From a virus: a stretch of 64,000 nucleotides of DNA. Positions 8,655 to 18,116 of the stretch are shown here, piece by piece. Below the pieces are notes generated by a model. The model did not search any database and was not told the origin of the DNA. It worked only from the letters and a program-made list of their open reading frames with translations. The stretch spans positions 1 through 64,000 of IMG/VR virus record IMGVR_UViG_3300005856_000023; one strand, given 5' to 3'. Each line of letters opens with the position of its first letter. Positions within the stretch are counted from its first letter, which is position 1. Made by a program: the position numbers and the translations under genes.

Positions 8655-10535
8655 TTAGGCTAGCACATGCTTCCAATCAATGTTTCTGCTAGCAGGAACT
8701 TCAAACAATTGTCTCACCTTTTCCTTAAACTTTTCAACTAATAATTCTTGTTTTTGTTGAATAGTTACTTTGTCAGAATTTAGTTTTAGGTAGTATATGT
8801 ATGTCTCTTTTGTTTGCGAGAATCTATATACTCTGGCTATTGCTTGATGCAGATCTACATCTCTAAAGGGTAAGTCTGCATATATAACTATCCTACCTTC
8901 TGTTAAAGTAAAGCCAAATGATAAAGATGAATATGTTGCTATCAGTATTGTTCCTGGCTGTTGCTTGAATATTTGAATTGATTTTTTACGTTCTTTCAAA
9001 GATTGTTCTCCTGTAACAGTTACAATATTCCTAATACCATGTTTCTCAAGAGTTTGTTTTATGGCTTTCAATGTGTATTTGTAGTTCGTGAATATTATTA
9101 TTCTTTCCTGTTTGGAAACTAAATCTTTTATAAGCTTAATATTCTTTTCATATAACTCCATCACCAACTCTATTAATCTTTGTTTGTATATACTACTTAA
9201 CTCTTTAGTGAAACAAATCAATTTACCCATAAATAGTTGTGACATCGTTTTGTTAAATTGTTCAGCTAAAGTATGTTCGTTTCTACTTTGCAGAAAATCA
9301 TAGATTTGTTTGCGAGCGTAAACTAAATCTCTTGTTAATTTAATTTGATTTTGTTCGACGTTTTCCCTAATCATTTTTACATAATCACTAATTTGATTAT
9401 CTGTATCAACTTGTTCTATTTTTGATAGCATATCAATTAGGTTTTGTTTATAAGTGTTGTAGTTTTGATTTACTTGTTGTAGACAACCTGATGACTGATC
9501 TCTGGCTTGCTCAATAATACCATCAATTGTGTATTTATCAACATTATCTACATTTGTTTCTATAACTATTTCATGTTTTGGTGGTAAGGATAGACTGCTA
9601 CTAATTTGACTTCTTGTTACTCTGATCATACTTAAACTAAGTCTATGTTTTATCAAATCTATAGCATGTGTAGCATAAGCTGAATTATAGGCTTTAACGA
9701 AATAAGGGTAAGCATCCATATCAAACAAAGGGTCCAACAATAAAAATGCTCCTGATAGTTCAGCATATCTACCTTTGACTGGAGTTCCAGATAACAATAA
9801 TACATCATTAATGTTGTTAGCAATGACAAATTTGTATAGAGATTGCATTGTCTGTGTATCAGCATATCTTATGACTTGAGCCTCATCTAGGATAAGGAAA
9901 ATTCTCTCAACATTATAGTTCCACGGAACATGTAGTTTTGAAACATTATTAAAGTTTGTTATGATTGCAATATGATTATGGTTTGGTTGATCTAGAGGGA
10001 AAGCACAAACCTGTTCTCTTGGTATGTTGGTTAATTTCTCAAATTCATCTAGCCAATTTAATATAAGTGTTTTGGGACAAACAACAATAACTTTTGTTCC
10101 ATAGGCCAGTGATGTATATAGAGATGTTAGGGTTTTACCTGTACCAACATCAAAAGCCAAATAATAACCTCTTAGTTTGAGGTTATCCTTATATTCACCG
10201 TAATGCAAAACAAATTTATGTTGATGTGGCATTAACTCAACTTTGAAGATTTGTTTCGCTTTATCTAAATGTTTTGGTGTATCTGGTTTATGATCAAACA
10301 ATATATGATACAATACAGTATTCTCAATTAGTTCACGAGCAATTTTTAGTTGATTATTGGATATTAGTGATAGAACAATCTCAACTGTAAAAAAGCGATG
10401 AAATTTGTAGTATGTTTTGCTTCCTATACTTACATCATTGATAACCATTTTTAAAAAATTTTTGTCCTGTTCATTAACATAATCTAGCAAATTCAAATCC
10501 GTTAGATAGAAGTTTTTGCTTTCAATAATTTGCAT
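8655..10535 (-). CDS. SNF2-family (SF2) helicase/ATPase
   Basis: LMPHQ, FDVGTGKT, LILDEAQ, LLSGTP, SFGFTL and QAIARVYR motifs; AGC-N11-ATG at 10535. Confidence 0.9.
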   Translation of the reverse strand: MQIIESKNFYLTDLNLLDYVNEQDKNFLKMVINDVSIGSKTYYKFHRFFTVEIVLSLISNNQLKIARELIENTVLYHILFDHKPDTPKHLDKAKQIFKVELMPHQHKFVLHYGEYKDNLKLRGYYLAFDVGTGKTLTSLYTSLAYGTKVIVVCPKTLILNWLDEFEKLTNIPREQVCAFPLDQPNHNHIAIITNFNNVSKLHVPWNYNVERIFLILDEAQVIRYADTQTMQSLYKFVIANNINDVLLLSGTPVKGRYAELSGAFLLLDPLFDMDAYPYFVKAYNSAYATHAIDLIKHRLSLSMIRVTRSQISSSLSLPPKHEIVIETNVDNVDKYTIDGIIEQARDQSSGCLQQVNQNYNTYKQNLIDMLSKIEQVDTDNQISDYVKMIRENVEQNQIKLTRDLVYARKQIYDFLQSRNEHTLAEQFNKTMSQLFMGKLICFTKELSSIYKQRLIELVMELYEKNIKLIKDLVSKQERIIIFTNYKYTLKAIKQTLEKHGIRNIVTVTGEQSLKERKKSIQIFKQQPGTILIATYSSLSFGFTLTEGRIVIYADLPFRDVDLHQAIARVYRFSQTKETYIYYLKLNSDKVTIQQKQELLVEKFKEKVRQLFEVPASRNIDWKHVLA

Positions 10536-10561
10536 AAACATAAATCGCTGAGATATTATCG

Positions 10562-11050
10562 TCAAAACAACAAACATAAATAATAGGCAAAACTATTTAC
10601 AAAAACTACTTGCGGTATGTATTTATATTCTTGCTCTATAACTATGTTAAGAAATGTACTAGCTATCAAATTATTTTCTACAATTACAGAATGATAACTA
10701 TTAATTTCGAGATTCCTGATTTCCATATCCATAGTAATACGTTTTTTGTAATACATAAGCGGTATTATTAAATTTTGAAGGTAGTTGGTTTTCAGTGTGT
10801 TTGGAAACACTATGGATGGCAATATAGGAATATCTATATTTGGACAAAATTTACTCAACATTATGTAAACGATAAATTTGGAGTAATCAACTTTTTCTAT
10901 TTTGTTGCAATTAGCTAGTAGATCTAGCAGAGTATCTTCAAAATTGTCGCTGTAGCCAACACCATTAAACCACACGTCTATATAGGCTGAATAATAGTGT
11001 ATAAATTTGATAAGTCTATTTATTGTTTCGTAAGTAGATTTAATGATCAT
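10562..11050 (-). CDS. hypothetical protein
   Basis: 162 aa; CTAAATTT-N6-ATG. Confidence 0.7.
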   Translation of the reverse strand: MIIKSTYETINRLIKFIHYYSAYIDVWFNGVGYSDNFEDTLLDLLANCNKIEKVDYSKFIVYIMLSKFCPNIDIPILPSIVFPNTLKTNYLQNLIIPLMYYKKRITMDMEIRNLEINSYHSVIVENNLIASTFLNIVIEQEYKYIPQVVFVNSFAYYLCLLF

Positions 11051-11075
11051 AACAGAAAATTTAGATCAGTTTTCA

Positions 11076-11543
11076 TCATATGAGTAGTGTTATGTAACTC
11101 AATATTGGAGCACCAAAAGCTCTGACATCACTATTTATCAAAGCAACTTTCACAAATAAGTTTGCAAGTATGATATTGTGTATTGGTACTACTGATGAAG
11201 TTGATAATATTAACTTAGAATTTTTGTGTTTGTAATAAGTTATTTTTTTCATTGTGAAAGACAACCTATAAAATATAATGTGATGCAATTTTCTGTTTAT
11301 GCTTTTGTCTATCCATAGCTTTATAGGATCTGTCAAATCAACATTGTCGAAATCAATATCTGTTGTGTAATCTGCTTTCAACAATAACATGTAAGTTATT
11401 ATGTTTTCAAATGGATCAACAATATCTAACAAACTTAACATAACACTACCAAATTCTGGTGTATAGCTAAGTCCGTAATACAAATGAGGATAATGTAGTT
11501 TTGAGAATAATACATCCTGTAACAAAGTCGGACTGGAATACAT
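11076..11543 (-). CDS. hypothetical protein
   Basis: 155 aa; CTAAATTT-N6-ATG. Confidence 0.7.
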   Translation of the reverse strand: MYSSPTLLQDVLFSKLHYPHLYYGLSYTPEFGSVMLSLLDIVDPFENIITYMLLLKADYTTDIDFDNVDLTDPIKLWIDKSINRKLHHIIFYRLSFTMKKITYYKHKNSKLILSTSSVVPIHNIILANLFVKVALINSDVRAFGAPILSYITLLI

Positions 11544-11573
11544 AACAAAAAATTTAGTGTATTTGCAAAAAAA

Positions 11574-12569
11574 TTATTTGCCTGTGTATGCGAATGCAAA
11601 TACTCTATTATTCATATTCTTAACATCTTGCTTAACTTTGTTTATATCCACAGAAGTAAATACGACGCGTCTTTTACGTAGCGTTTGTAGTATCTTTGCT
11701 CCAACCAATATAACACCTACACCAATCAATACTCCGATACCAACTTTGGCAAAAGTAGGTATATCGGAATATACTTGTTGCAATTTCTCTACTAGAGATT
11801 TACCAGTAGTTTGAACTTTCTCTGCTATGTCACCAGTAGTTTGTTTAACTTCACCATCAATCTTTTCAACAACTTCACCAGATTTTTGTGCTACATTAGC
11901 AGCAGTATCTTGAACCTGTTTAGCAGCTTCCACTATTTTATCTGTATTCAACGCTGTAAGCAGCCCAATTATAAAACCAAATATGCCAGCACCAACAACT
12001 GGAGTAGCAGCTTTCAATATACCAACTAGAGCTGGAATTACACCTGGATTTGCTTTTTTCTGACTAACTTTTACTTGAGCTTCTTTGCTTACAAGTTTGC
12101 TTGCTAGCTTTTTGTAATTGTTTATTCCTTTCTTACCAGCTTGTTCGAAAATCGATACAGCTTCTTTTGTTACTTGTTTGATGCCCAAAGTAGGATTTGT
12201 TACAATAAGAACACTAGCTATATCATCTAGCACAGCATATGTAAGTTTGTCATTAGGTATGCTTGCAAATTCTCTAGCTGCTACTCTTACAGCTCTCTTC
12301 TTCATAATAAGCATTATTATTCCAACAAGGCTTGCTGTTGCAACTGCTGTTGTAATGGTTGGATAATGTGATACAAAATCTTTTATAGGCTTAACTATGG
12401 GTTCAACCTGTGGTTCTATTTTTGAAAGTATTTGTGATAACTCGGCTTTTAGTTTGCTGAAGAATGTAATTACCTCTTGGATGAATCTTTCAATAATGTC
12501 ACGAACCTTCATATAAATCTTTACAAATGGATCTTGTAGAACTTGTTTTTCCTCGGGAGTTAATACCAT
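11574..12569 (-). CDS. helical membrane-segment protein (about 3 hydrophobic stretches), possibly fused to the upstream ORF by a -1 frameshift
   Basis: Hydrophobic segments TAVATASLVGIIMLIM, VVGAGIFGFIIGLLTAL and VGIGVLIGVGVILVGA; first ATG 5 nt after the upstream stop. Confidence 0.75.
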   Translation of the reverse strand: MVLTPEEKQVLQDPFVKIYMKVRDIIERFIQEVITFFSKLKAELSQILSKIEPQVEPIVKPIKDFVSHYPTITTAVATASLVGIIMLIMKKRAVRVAAREFASIPNDKLTYAVLDDIASVLIVTNPTLGIKQVTKEAVSIFEQAGKKGINNYKKLASKLVSKEAQVKVSQKKANPGVIPALVGILKAATPVVGAGIFGFIIGLLTALNTDKIVEAAKQVQDTAANVAQKSGEVVEKIDGEVKQTTGDIAEKVQTTGKSLVEKLQQVYSDIPTFAKVGIGVLIGVGVILVGAKILQTLRKRRVVFTSVDINKVKQDVKNMNNRVFAFAYTGK

Positions 12570-12574
12570 ATCTT

Positions 12575-13270
12575 TTACTTTTTCTTTAGATTCAACCTGA
12601 ATTTTTCCCAATCTTGCTTAAAGTTCTCTACTACTCTACCAGCAATGTCTTTAGTCTTTTCCCAACCTTCTACAATTTTCTCTCCAGTTTTCTCAGCTAT
12701 CTCTTTGGTTTTTTCCGAAATGTCTTGTGAACCTTGTTCCATTTTTACACCATAAACTTTGGATATATAGGAAGATGCTATAGCTGCAAAGTATGATTCA
12801 ACATTAATCATAGACTCAACATTTGCTTCCTCACCCTGTTCAACGTTAATTACCTCTATAGTAAATGCAGCATCTTGTTCACCATATTTTGATCTAACAT
12901 GAGATTGATCAATCATTATATGCAAACTTTCACCTGGATTTGTAACTATGCTATTAGCCACTACTGCAGCACTATGTACAAATTCTTTAGGATTTTTTAT
13001 GAATGGTATTGATGGATGTGCTACATTAACATAAACATCTACTTCTGATACTGGTAGATCTACTTCACCTACAACCACATTATTAATTTTTACTGTTGCT
13101 GATTGTTTTGAAGCTTCAAATACTATTGTCTCATCTAAATCATCAAATACATCAAAATCTTCTATTGCTGATTCTTTGGTTGTTTTACTATTGCTGACAA
13201 TGGTTCTAATTACTCCTAAATATTGTCCTGTCAAAAGACTATAAGGTGAAAGATATTCAGTTGTCAACAT
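12575..13270 (-). CDS. hypothetical protein, probable virion (head) protein
   Basis: 231 aa; AGC-N11-ATG; several xES sites. Confidence 0.65.
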   Translation of the reverse strand: MLTTEYLSPYSLLTGQYLGVIRTIVSNSKTTKESAIEDFDVFDDLDETIVFEASKQSATVKINNVVVGEVDLPVSEVDVYVNVAHPSIPFIKNPKEFVHSAAVVANSIVTNPGESLHIMIDQSHVRSKYGEQDAAFTIEVINVEQGEEANVESMINVESYFAAIASSYISKVYGVKMEQGSQDISEKTKEIAEKTGEKIVEGWEKTKDIAGRVVENFKQDWEKFRLNLKKK

Positions 13271-13310
13271 ATTTTTAGTTAGCTAAATAATAAGTTCAAC
13301 CAAAAAATAA

Positions 13311-13904
13311 TCATAGAATCAATTCAACATAAGCTTTCTGTGTCTCATAAAGTCTAATTTTACTAAGTTGTATTTTTGCTGGAATTAATCCTATAGTTTT
13401 CATTCTATCAAATATTTTTACAAACCAATTACATAAATTTTCTGCAGTCGGAACAAAATCAACGAATATGAAGCTCTGTTTATGTTCATCGCTAAATTCT
13501 TCATAATATCCATTGAATTTTGAAAATAGAGATTTTTTCTTATCTGTTGATACTAACTCTAGCTTACCATCTATCTCAGTAATGGTGTAATAAACTAAGC
13601 ATTTAGACCAATCTGGTTTGTTTTTTGTTACTCCGGTTATTGAATCAAACAATGGATCATTTATATCCAAGATGAATTTATGATCGATAAATCTTTGTAT
13701 AAAATCGTTTAGATAGTTGAAAAATGTGAAATCTAGCACCATACCGCTTTCATCTAGATTAGATGTAATAAATATTTCCAACATATATTCATGTCCATGT
13801 AGAAATCTACATTTATTTGGTCCCAATGATTTTGGTAAATTTTGTGAATGAACCCTATGACCTGCAACAAAATTAATTTTTTTGGTTATAAGTATTTCAC
13901 TCAT
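13311..13904 (-). CDS. queD: 6-carboxy-5,6,7,8-tetrahydropterin synthase
   Basis: FVAGHR, CRFLHGHEY, GMVLDF, DHKF, PTAENL and YET motifs. Confidence 0.9.
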   Translation of the reverse strand: MSEILITKKINFVAGHRVHSQNLPKSLGPNKCRFLHGHEYMLEIFITSNLDESGMVLDFTFFNYLNDFIQRFIDHKFILDINDPLFDSITGVTKNKPDWSKCLVYYTITEIDGKLELVSTDKKKSLFSKFNGYYEEFSDEHKQSFIFVDFVPTAENLCNWFVKIFDRMKTIGLIPAKIQLSKIRLYETQKAYVELIL

Positions 13905-13914
13905 ACAAAAAATT

Positions 13915-14625
13915 TTAGATTGCTTGATTTGTTTCAAGTAATGTTGATGCTACTTCTGTAAGCAATATATCTCTTTCTGCCATATAGCTTACTAACTCAA
14001 ATTCATCTTTAAATACATCTTTTATAAAGAGTTTATCAATAGCTTTACCATAAACATAAATAGATGTTAACACATCTCTATATACATCAGCATCAATAGC
14101 ATTTTCCATGCTAATCATTAATTCTATATTCTCTAGCTCATCATTAGTTAGTTCATTCTTGGCTTCATTCACTATTTGAGCAACCCGAAGTTTTATATCA
14201 TCTTCCTTGATGTAACAATACTTTGGTAGCAGATTTTGTTCAATCTTTTCCTGAACAGTTGCTATTATGTTATCGATCAATGTGCTTATATTTTCATACT
14301 CCTTAGCTAACGATACATCTTCAAAGAGCATATACTCCAAAGCCTTACGATAAAATTCTTTCACATCAGTAATATAAGTTTGCTCCTCTTTAATCTCATT
14401 TTTGCTATTGTTTTCTGCTTGTTCTTGTTTTACTACCGATTTTATAACTTTTGCAAAGGATAATAGATTTTCATCTATTGTCGAACTCGCTTCATTTATA
14501 ATTTTCATTTGAATTTCTACTATCTCTTTATCTTTTTGTTCTATGGGTAACGGAACTATTGATGATGATTCATCAACGTTTTCATCGCTGTTTAGAATAA
14601 CCTTAAGTAAATCATCTCTAAGCAT
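13915..14625 (-). CDS. acidic helical protein, possible head/scaffold protein
   Basis: 236 aa; AGC-N9-ATG; contains SME. Confidence 0.6.
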   Translation of the reverse strand: MLRDDLLKVILNSDENVDESSSIVPLPIEQKDKEIVEIQMKIINEASSTIDENLLSFAKVIKSVVKQEQAENNSKNEIKEEQTYITDVKEFYRKALEYMLFEDVSLAKEYENISTLIDNIIATVQEKIEQNLLPKYCYIKEDDIKLRVAQIVNEAKNELTNDELENIELMISMENAIDADVYRDVLTSIYVYGKAIDKLFIKDVFKDEFELVSYMAERDILLTEVASTLLETNQAI

Positions 14626-14660
14626 TTACTTGTAGCTTAACAATCTAAGCAATGAAAAAA

Positions 14661-15350
14661 TCAAATCTGTTGCTGAGACAATTTCAATAACAAATAGTTT
14701 CTGTATTTTAGGAATTTACTATCTACTCTTTTATTTTGAGGAACATTTTTTATATTTATCACAGAATTGATTTCTGTTGATATGGATACAGTGTAATCAT
14801 ATAATAGGTATATGATCAGTATAGCTATATGTCTATCTGTTTCTGTATTGTATTTGTTTGATGACAGTAGTTTAATGGTATGATAAGTGAAATATGCTAA
14901 AGGTAAAGAACCATAATATACCATTGGAGACAAATCTTTGTTAACAGTATAATTACTTTTGTATGTTATTAATGAAGGCTCCTTTAAAACATTTGGATAT
15001 TGTTTACTCATACTAATAGCCATACCAACTCTATCAAAAGCTAATCCTAATACATCATAATTATCAAAGAAGTTTAATAGTTGCTCAAAGGGAACAATAT
15101 AATAATCATTTGTTTCTAATTCATCATTTACACAGTGTAATAGGTAGAGAATAGATGTCAAAGCCAAATCAAATTTTGGATCTACAATTGCATGATTGAT
15201 ACCATTTATGGATTGTATGATAAATTTTTTGTTTGTATTAATGCTAATTTGTTTTGGGAGCTTAAAGTTAACATTTTTATCATAAGGAAATCCAAAATAT
15301 TTCAAAGCCATATCAATGTTAGCAAATAGATTTGGATTTCTGACTAGCAT
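14661..15350 (-). CDS. hypothetical protein
   Basis: 229 aa; CTAAATTT-N6-ATG. Confidence 0.7.
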   Translation of the reverse strand: MLVRNPNLFANIDMALKYFGFPYDKNVNFKLPKQISINTNKKFIIQSINGINHAIVDPKFDLALTSILYLLHCVNDELETNDYYIVPFEQLLNFFDNYDVLGLAFDRVGMAISMSKQYPNVLKEPSLITYKSNYTVNKDLSPMVYYGSLPLAYFTYHTIKLLSSNKYNTETDRHIAILIIYLLYDYTVSISTEINSVINIKNVPQNKRVDSKFLKYRNYLLLKLSQQQI

Positions 15351-15428
15351 ATCTAAAAATTTAGAGTGGATGTGATATTATTTATTGTCACTTTAGGATT
15401 GTTTTACAACAGATCTAAATTTACTGGC

Positions 15429-15764
15429 ATGCTATACCTGTTTAACACACTAGTAATTCCCCTAGATTGGAAATTAGCAGGTTCTTATACGGTCAAGATT
15501 AAAAGAATTGATGTGAATCAGGCGAAACAATTAGTGAATCAGAATCAATTTATATCCGCTATTGGACATGATGCTACAGCGAAATTATTGTCATTGTTGC
15601 TGGAAATAGACGTTCCATTAAATCGGATACAAGTTGAAATGAAGTCTGGAGATATAGGATTACATTTCGTATTGAGGAAAAGATTGGCTGAAGGACAAGT
15701 AATTAAAACGATTCAGGAATTAGAAGAAATTGGGTTTGATTTAGTAATGAGCGAAGTTTTATGA
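15429..15764 (+). CDS. DUF1874 / STIV B116-like (YddF) protein
   Basis: MLYLFN..., FISAIGHDATA, NRIQV and RLAEGQVI match the family pattern; start set by CTAAATTT-N6-ATG. Confidence 0.8.
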   Translation: MLYLFNTLVIPLDWKLAGSYTVKIKRIDVNQAKQLVNQNQFISAIGHDATAKLLSLLLEIDVPLNRIQVEMKSGDIGLHFVLRKRLAEGQVIKTIQELEEIGFDLVMSEVL

Positions 15765-15853
15765 TCAATAGTTTCATTTCTATCCATTTTTTTTCATTTT
15801 TTTGTGAAACAAAAGTAACTCAAGGAGTTAGTTTTACAAAAAAATAGAATTTG

Positions 15854-16669
15854 TTATTCTATTGTTTCTGCTAGCTCATCTAAATCTTTTAGCAAATGAT
15901 TTACTTTTGATTTGTTAGCATCATCAAGTAAACTCCATATATCACCATAAACTTGCATATCATTCAATGCATAACTGAACAATATTAACATTAACAAAAC
16001 GTCATAGTTTTTATTCTGTTTAATTTTGTTTATGAATAACAATGTTTTGCTAGCGATCATACGGAAAATCCTTCTTGATGGTAAGAAATAATTAAAAGTT
16101 AGTTTTAATGCTTCAGTTAAATCTTCTATATTCAAATCAGAAGCATTCATGTATCTATATAGATGATACAATCTCTTATCGAGATTTAATAATTCTGACT
16201 CGTTTAATTTTAATCCCATGCTGATCTCGATAATTTTATAGTGTTTACTCAATATATCAGATAAAACTAAATTTTTCAAACCAAATTGTCTTAATGATAT
16301 GTTTAGCTCATTGTTGGGTTGTTTTAAAATCGATGTTAAGACATTTATTGTATTTTGTATGAACTGGTATTGATCGGGATCATCCTTGAATGAATAATAT
16401 ATGGAACGGTATATATCAAGTATAATATCTTTCGACGGATGAGAATTAATTTTTTGCGCTAATGTGTCTATCATCTTTTCTGCGTAATCATATCTACCTA
16501 ATTGCAGCATAGTAAGGAAGATACTATTGAATGCGAATATGTCAGGTATATCATATTCATGTTTAGACACATCTTCAACAAGTTTTTCAAAATCAGTTTC
16601 ATTAAGATTTGATGTTAGCTTATAGAAGCATCTAACATCTGCTAAATCGTTTAGTAGCTTCCTGTACAT
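15854..16669 (-). CDS. alpha-helical hypothetical protein
   Basis: 271 aa; CTAAATTT-N6-ATG. Confidence 0.7.
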   Translation of the reverse strand: MYRKLLNDLADVRCFYKLTSNLNETDFEKLVEDVSKHEYDIPDIFAFNSIFLTMLQLGRYDYAEKMIDTLAQKINSHPSKDIILDIYRSIYYSFKDDPDQYQFIQNTINVLTSILKQPNNELNISLRQFGLKNLVLSDILSKHYKIIEISMGLKLNESELLNLDKRLYHLYRYMNASDLNIEDLTEALKLTFNYFLPSRRIFRMIASKTLLFINKIKQNKNYDVLLMLILFSYALNDMQVYGDIWSLLDDANKSKVNHLLKDLDELAETIE

Positions 16670-16787
16670 AATAAAAAATTTAGATGTGTTTAGTATCCAA
16701 GCATTGTTAAATACAATACGATTAATGGATTTGTAGTTGTTTTACCTAGTATTGTTATATCGTTCGCTTTTGATGTAACTTTTTATA

Positions 16788-16922
16788 CTATTCATCATTT
16801 ATACTCCCTTCAACGAATTGCTTTGGAATAGCTATTACAAGTCCTATTGGTAAATCTCTGAAGTAAGTTATTTTATTTGTTTTTTTGCTTTTGACTCTAA
16901 TTGTTATATTTGCATCAACACT
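16788..16922 (-). other. putative N-terminal half of a split intein
   Basis: Directly after DFDGD: SVDANITIRVKSKKTNKITYFRDLPIGLVI..., resembling intein block A followed by the xIGxL element, in place of the conserved beta' continuation. Confidence 0.55.
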
Positions 16923-18083
16923 ATCACCATCAAAGTCTCCTCCCAGTGGTGCACAAGCTAACGGGTGTATTTGTATTGTATCTTGATCTGCTATAACTGG
17001 TTTTGCTGCTAGCCAAGATGTCTTATGCAAAGCTGGGTCTCTTTTATAAACCACTACAGCATCTGGTAAAACATCTTGCTCTAAAACCTTTCTAAAGAAG
17101 TTTATCAATTCTTGTGGAAACAGAGTAGGATAATTGGAAATCTTGTTTATAAGCTTAGTTATATCATTAACAGTAGGTTTAATCTCTTGTCTTGCAGTTT
17201 TTGTTATCTCTATAAATTCTTGTTTGTGTTTTGTTAGTATGCTATTAATTATTTGTGGCTTGTATAGTTGCAACAGAGCTGTAAATGGAATAGCAATTTG
17301 ATCTATCTCAAGATTTGGATTAGGACTAATAACAGATCTTGCTGTGTAGTTAACCGTTTTACTAGCAAGTTGTTCTCTAATAAAACCTGTTTTTGTTCCA
17401 AATTGTTCTGCTAACAAATCTATTAGTTTAACGATCAACCTATACAATTTTGAGCTATTAGCATTACCAACTTCAAAAGTTTTGTTTTGTTCTATTATTT
17501 TTGAGTAAATATCTGTTAACGGATGTATTGATATTTTGTTGTCTATCTTTGAGTAATCTCTCCAGCCAGGAGGAAGCACAATTATTTTGTTTGTTATCAA
17601 ATTCTCAACTTTATTGTTTGATAATTTGATTATCTCATTTATTAACCGACCGGATACACTATTCTGTTGAGCAATATACTCTATCAACTTAATCAGTTTG
17701 TTTTTCTCAAAGAAGTCTGCGAAGCCTTGCATCAAGATTTTATGATTTGTGTAGCTAATCTCTTTCTCATCTTCCAAAACTAAATTTCCTTCTTCATCAA
17801 TTGCTAAAATCCTATCTGGTCTGTTTCTGAATGCTCTGATTGTGGGTAAATTATCCAGAATCATCAACACAGGAAACTTAGGGATATATACATTCAACGG
17901 TATATATCCCATTTGCTCAAACCATTTTGAACTCTTTCTCTCACCAAATAGATATTGTGAGTACAATCCATTTATTTGGCTCAGTAACTTTTGTTCATTT
18001 AAGTTTGCAGGTAATGGTTCCATAATAGCTGGAGCATTATGCTCCTTAATAAATTGTTCCACATTTAGTAGTTCAAAAATCAT
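16788..18083 (-). CDS. RNA polymerase beta'-like subunit, N-terminal part up to the catalytic loop, with a 44 aa intein-like tail
   Basis: VLPPGWR, KTGFIREQLASKTVNYTARSVISPNP, KRDPALH and IHPLACAPLGGDFDGD motifs. Confidence 0.92.
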   Translation of the reverse strand: MIFELLNVEQFIKEHNAPAIMEPLPANLNEQKLLSQINGLYSQYLFGERKSSKWFEQMGYIPLNVYIPKFPVLMILDNLPTIRAFRNRPDRILAIDEEGNLVLEDEKEISYTNHKILMQGFADFFEKNKLIKLIEYIAQQNSVSGRLINEIIKLSNNKVENLITNKIIVLPPGWRDYSKIDNKISIHPLTDIYSKIIEQNKTFEVGNANSSKLYRLIVKLIDLLAEQFGTKTGFIREQLASKTVNYTARSVISPNPNLEIDQIAIPFTALLQLYKPQIINSILTKHKQEFIEITKTARQEIKPTVNDITKLINKISNYPTLFPQELINFFRKVLEQDVLPDAVVVYKRDPALHKTSWLAAKPVIADQDTIQIHPLACAPLGGDFDGDSVDANITIRVKSKKTNKITYFRDLPIGLVIAIPKQFVEGSINDE

Positions 18084-18116
18084 TGATTTTGATTGCTCAA
18101 GAAAACAGCAAAAAAA

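Noticed and set aside
16690-16810. SD plus an 18-codon ORF after the intein-like tail as a homing endonuclease or C-intein remnant
   Set aside because: Too short, and has no recognisable motif
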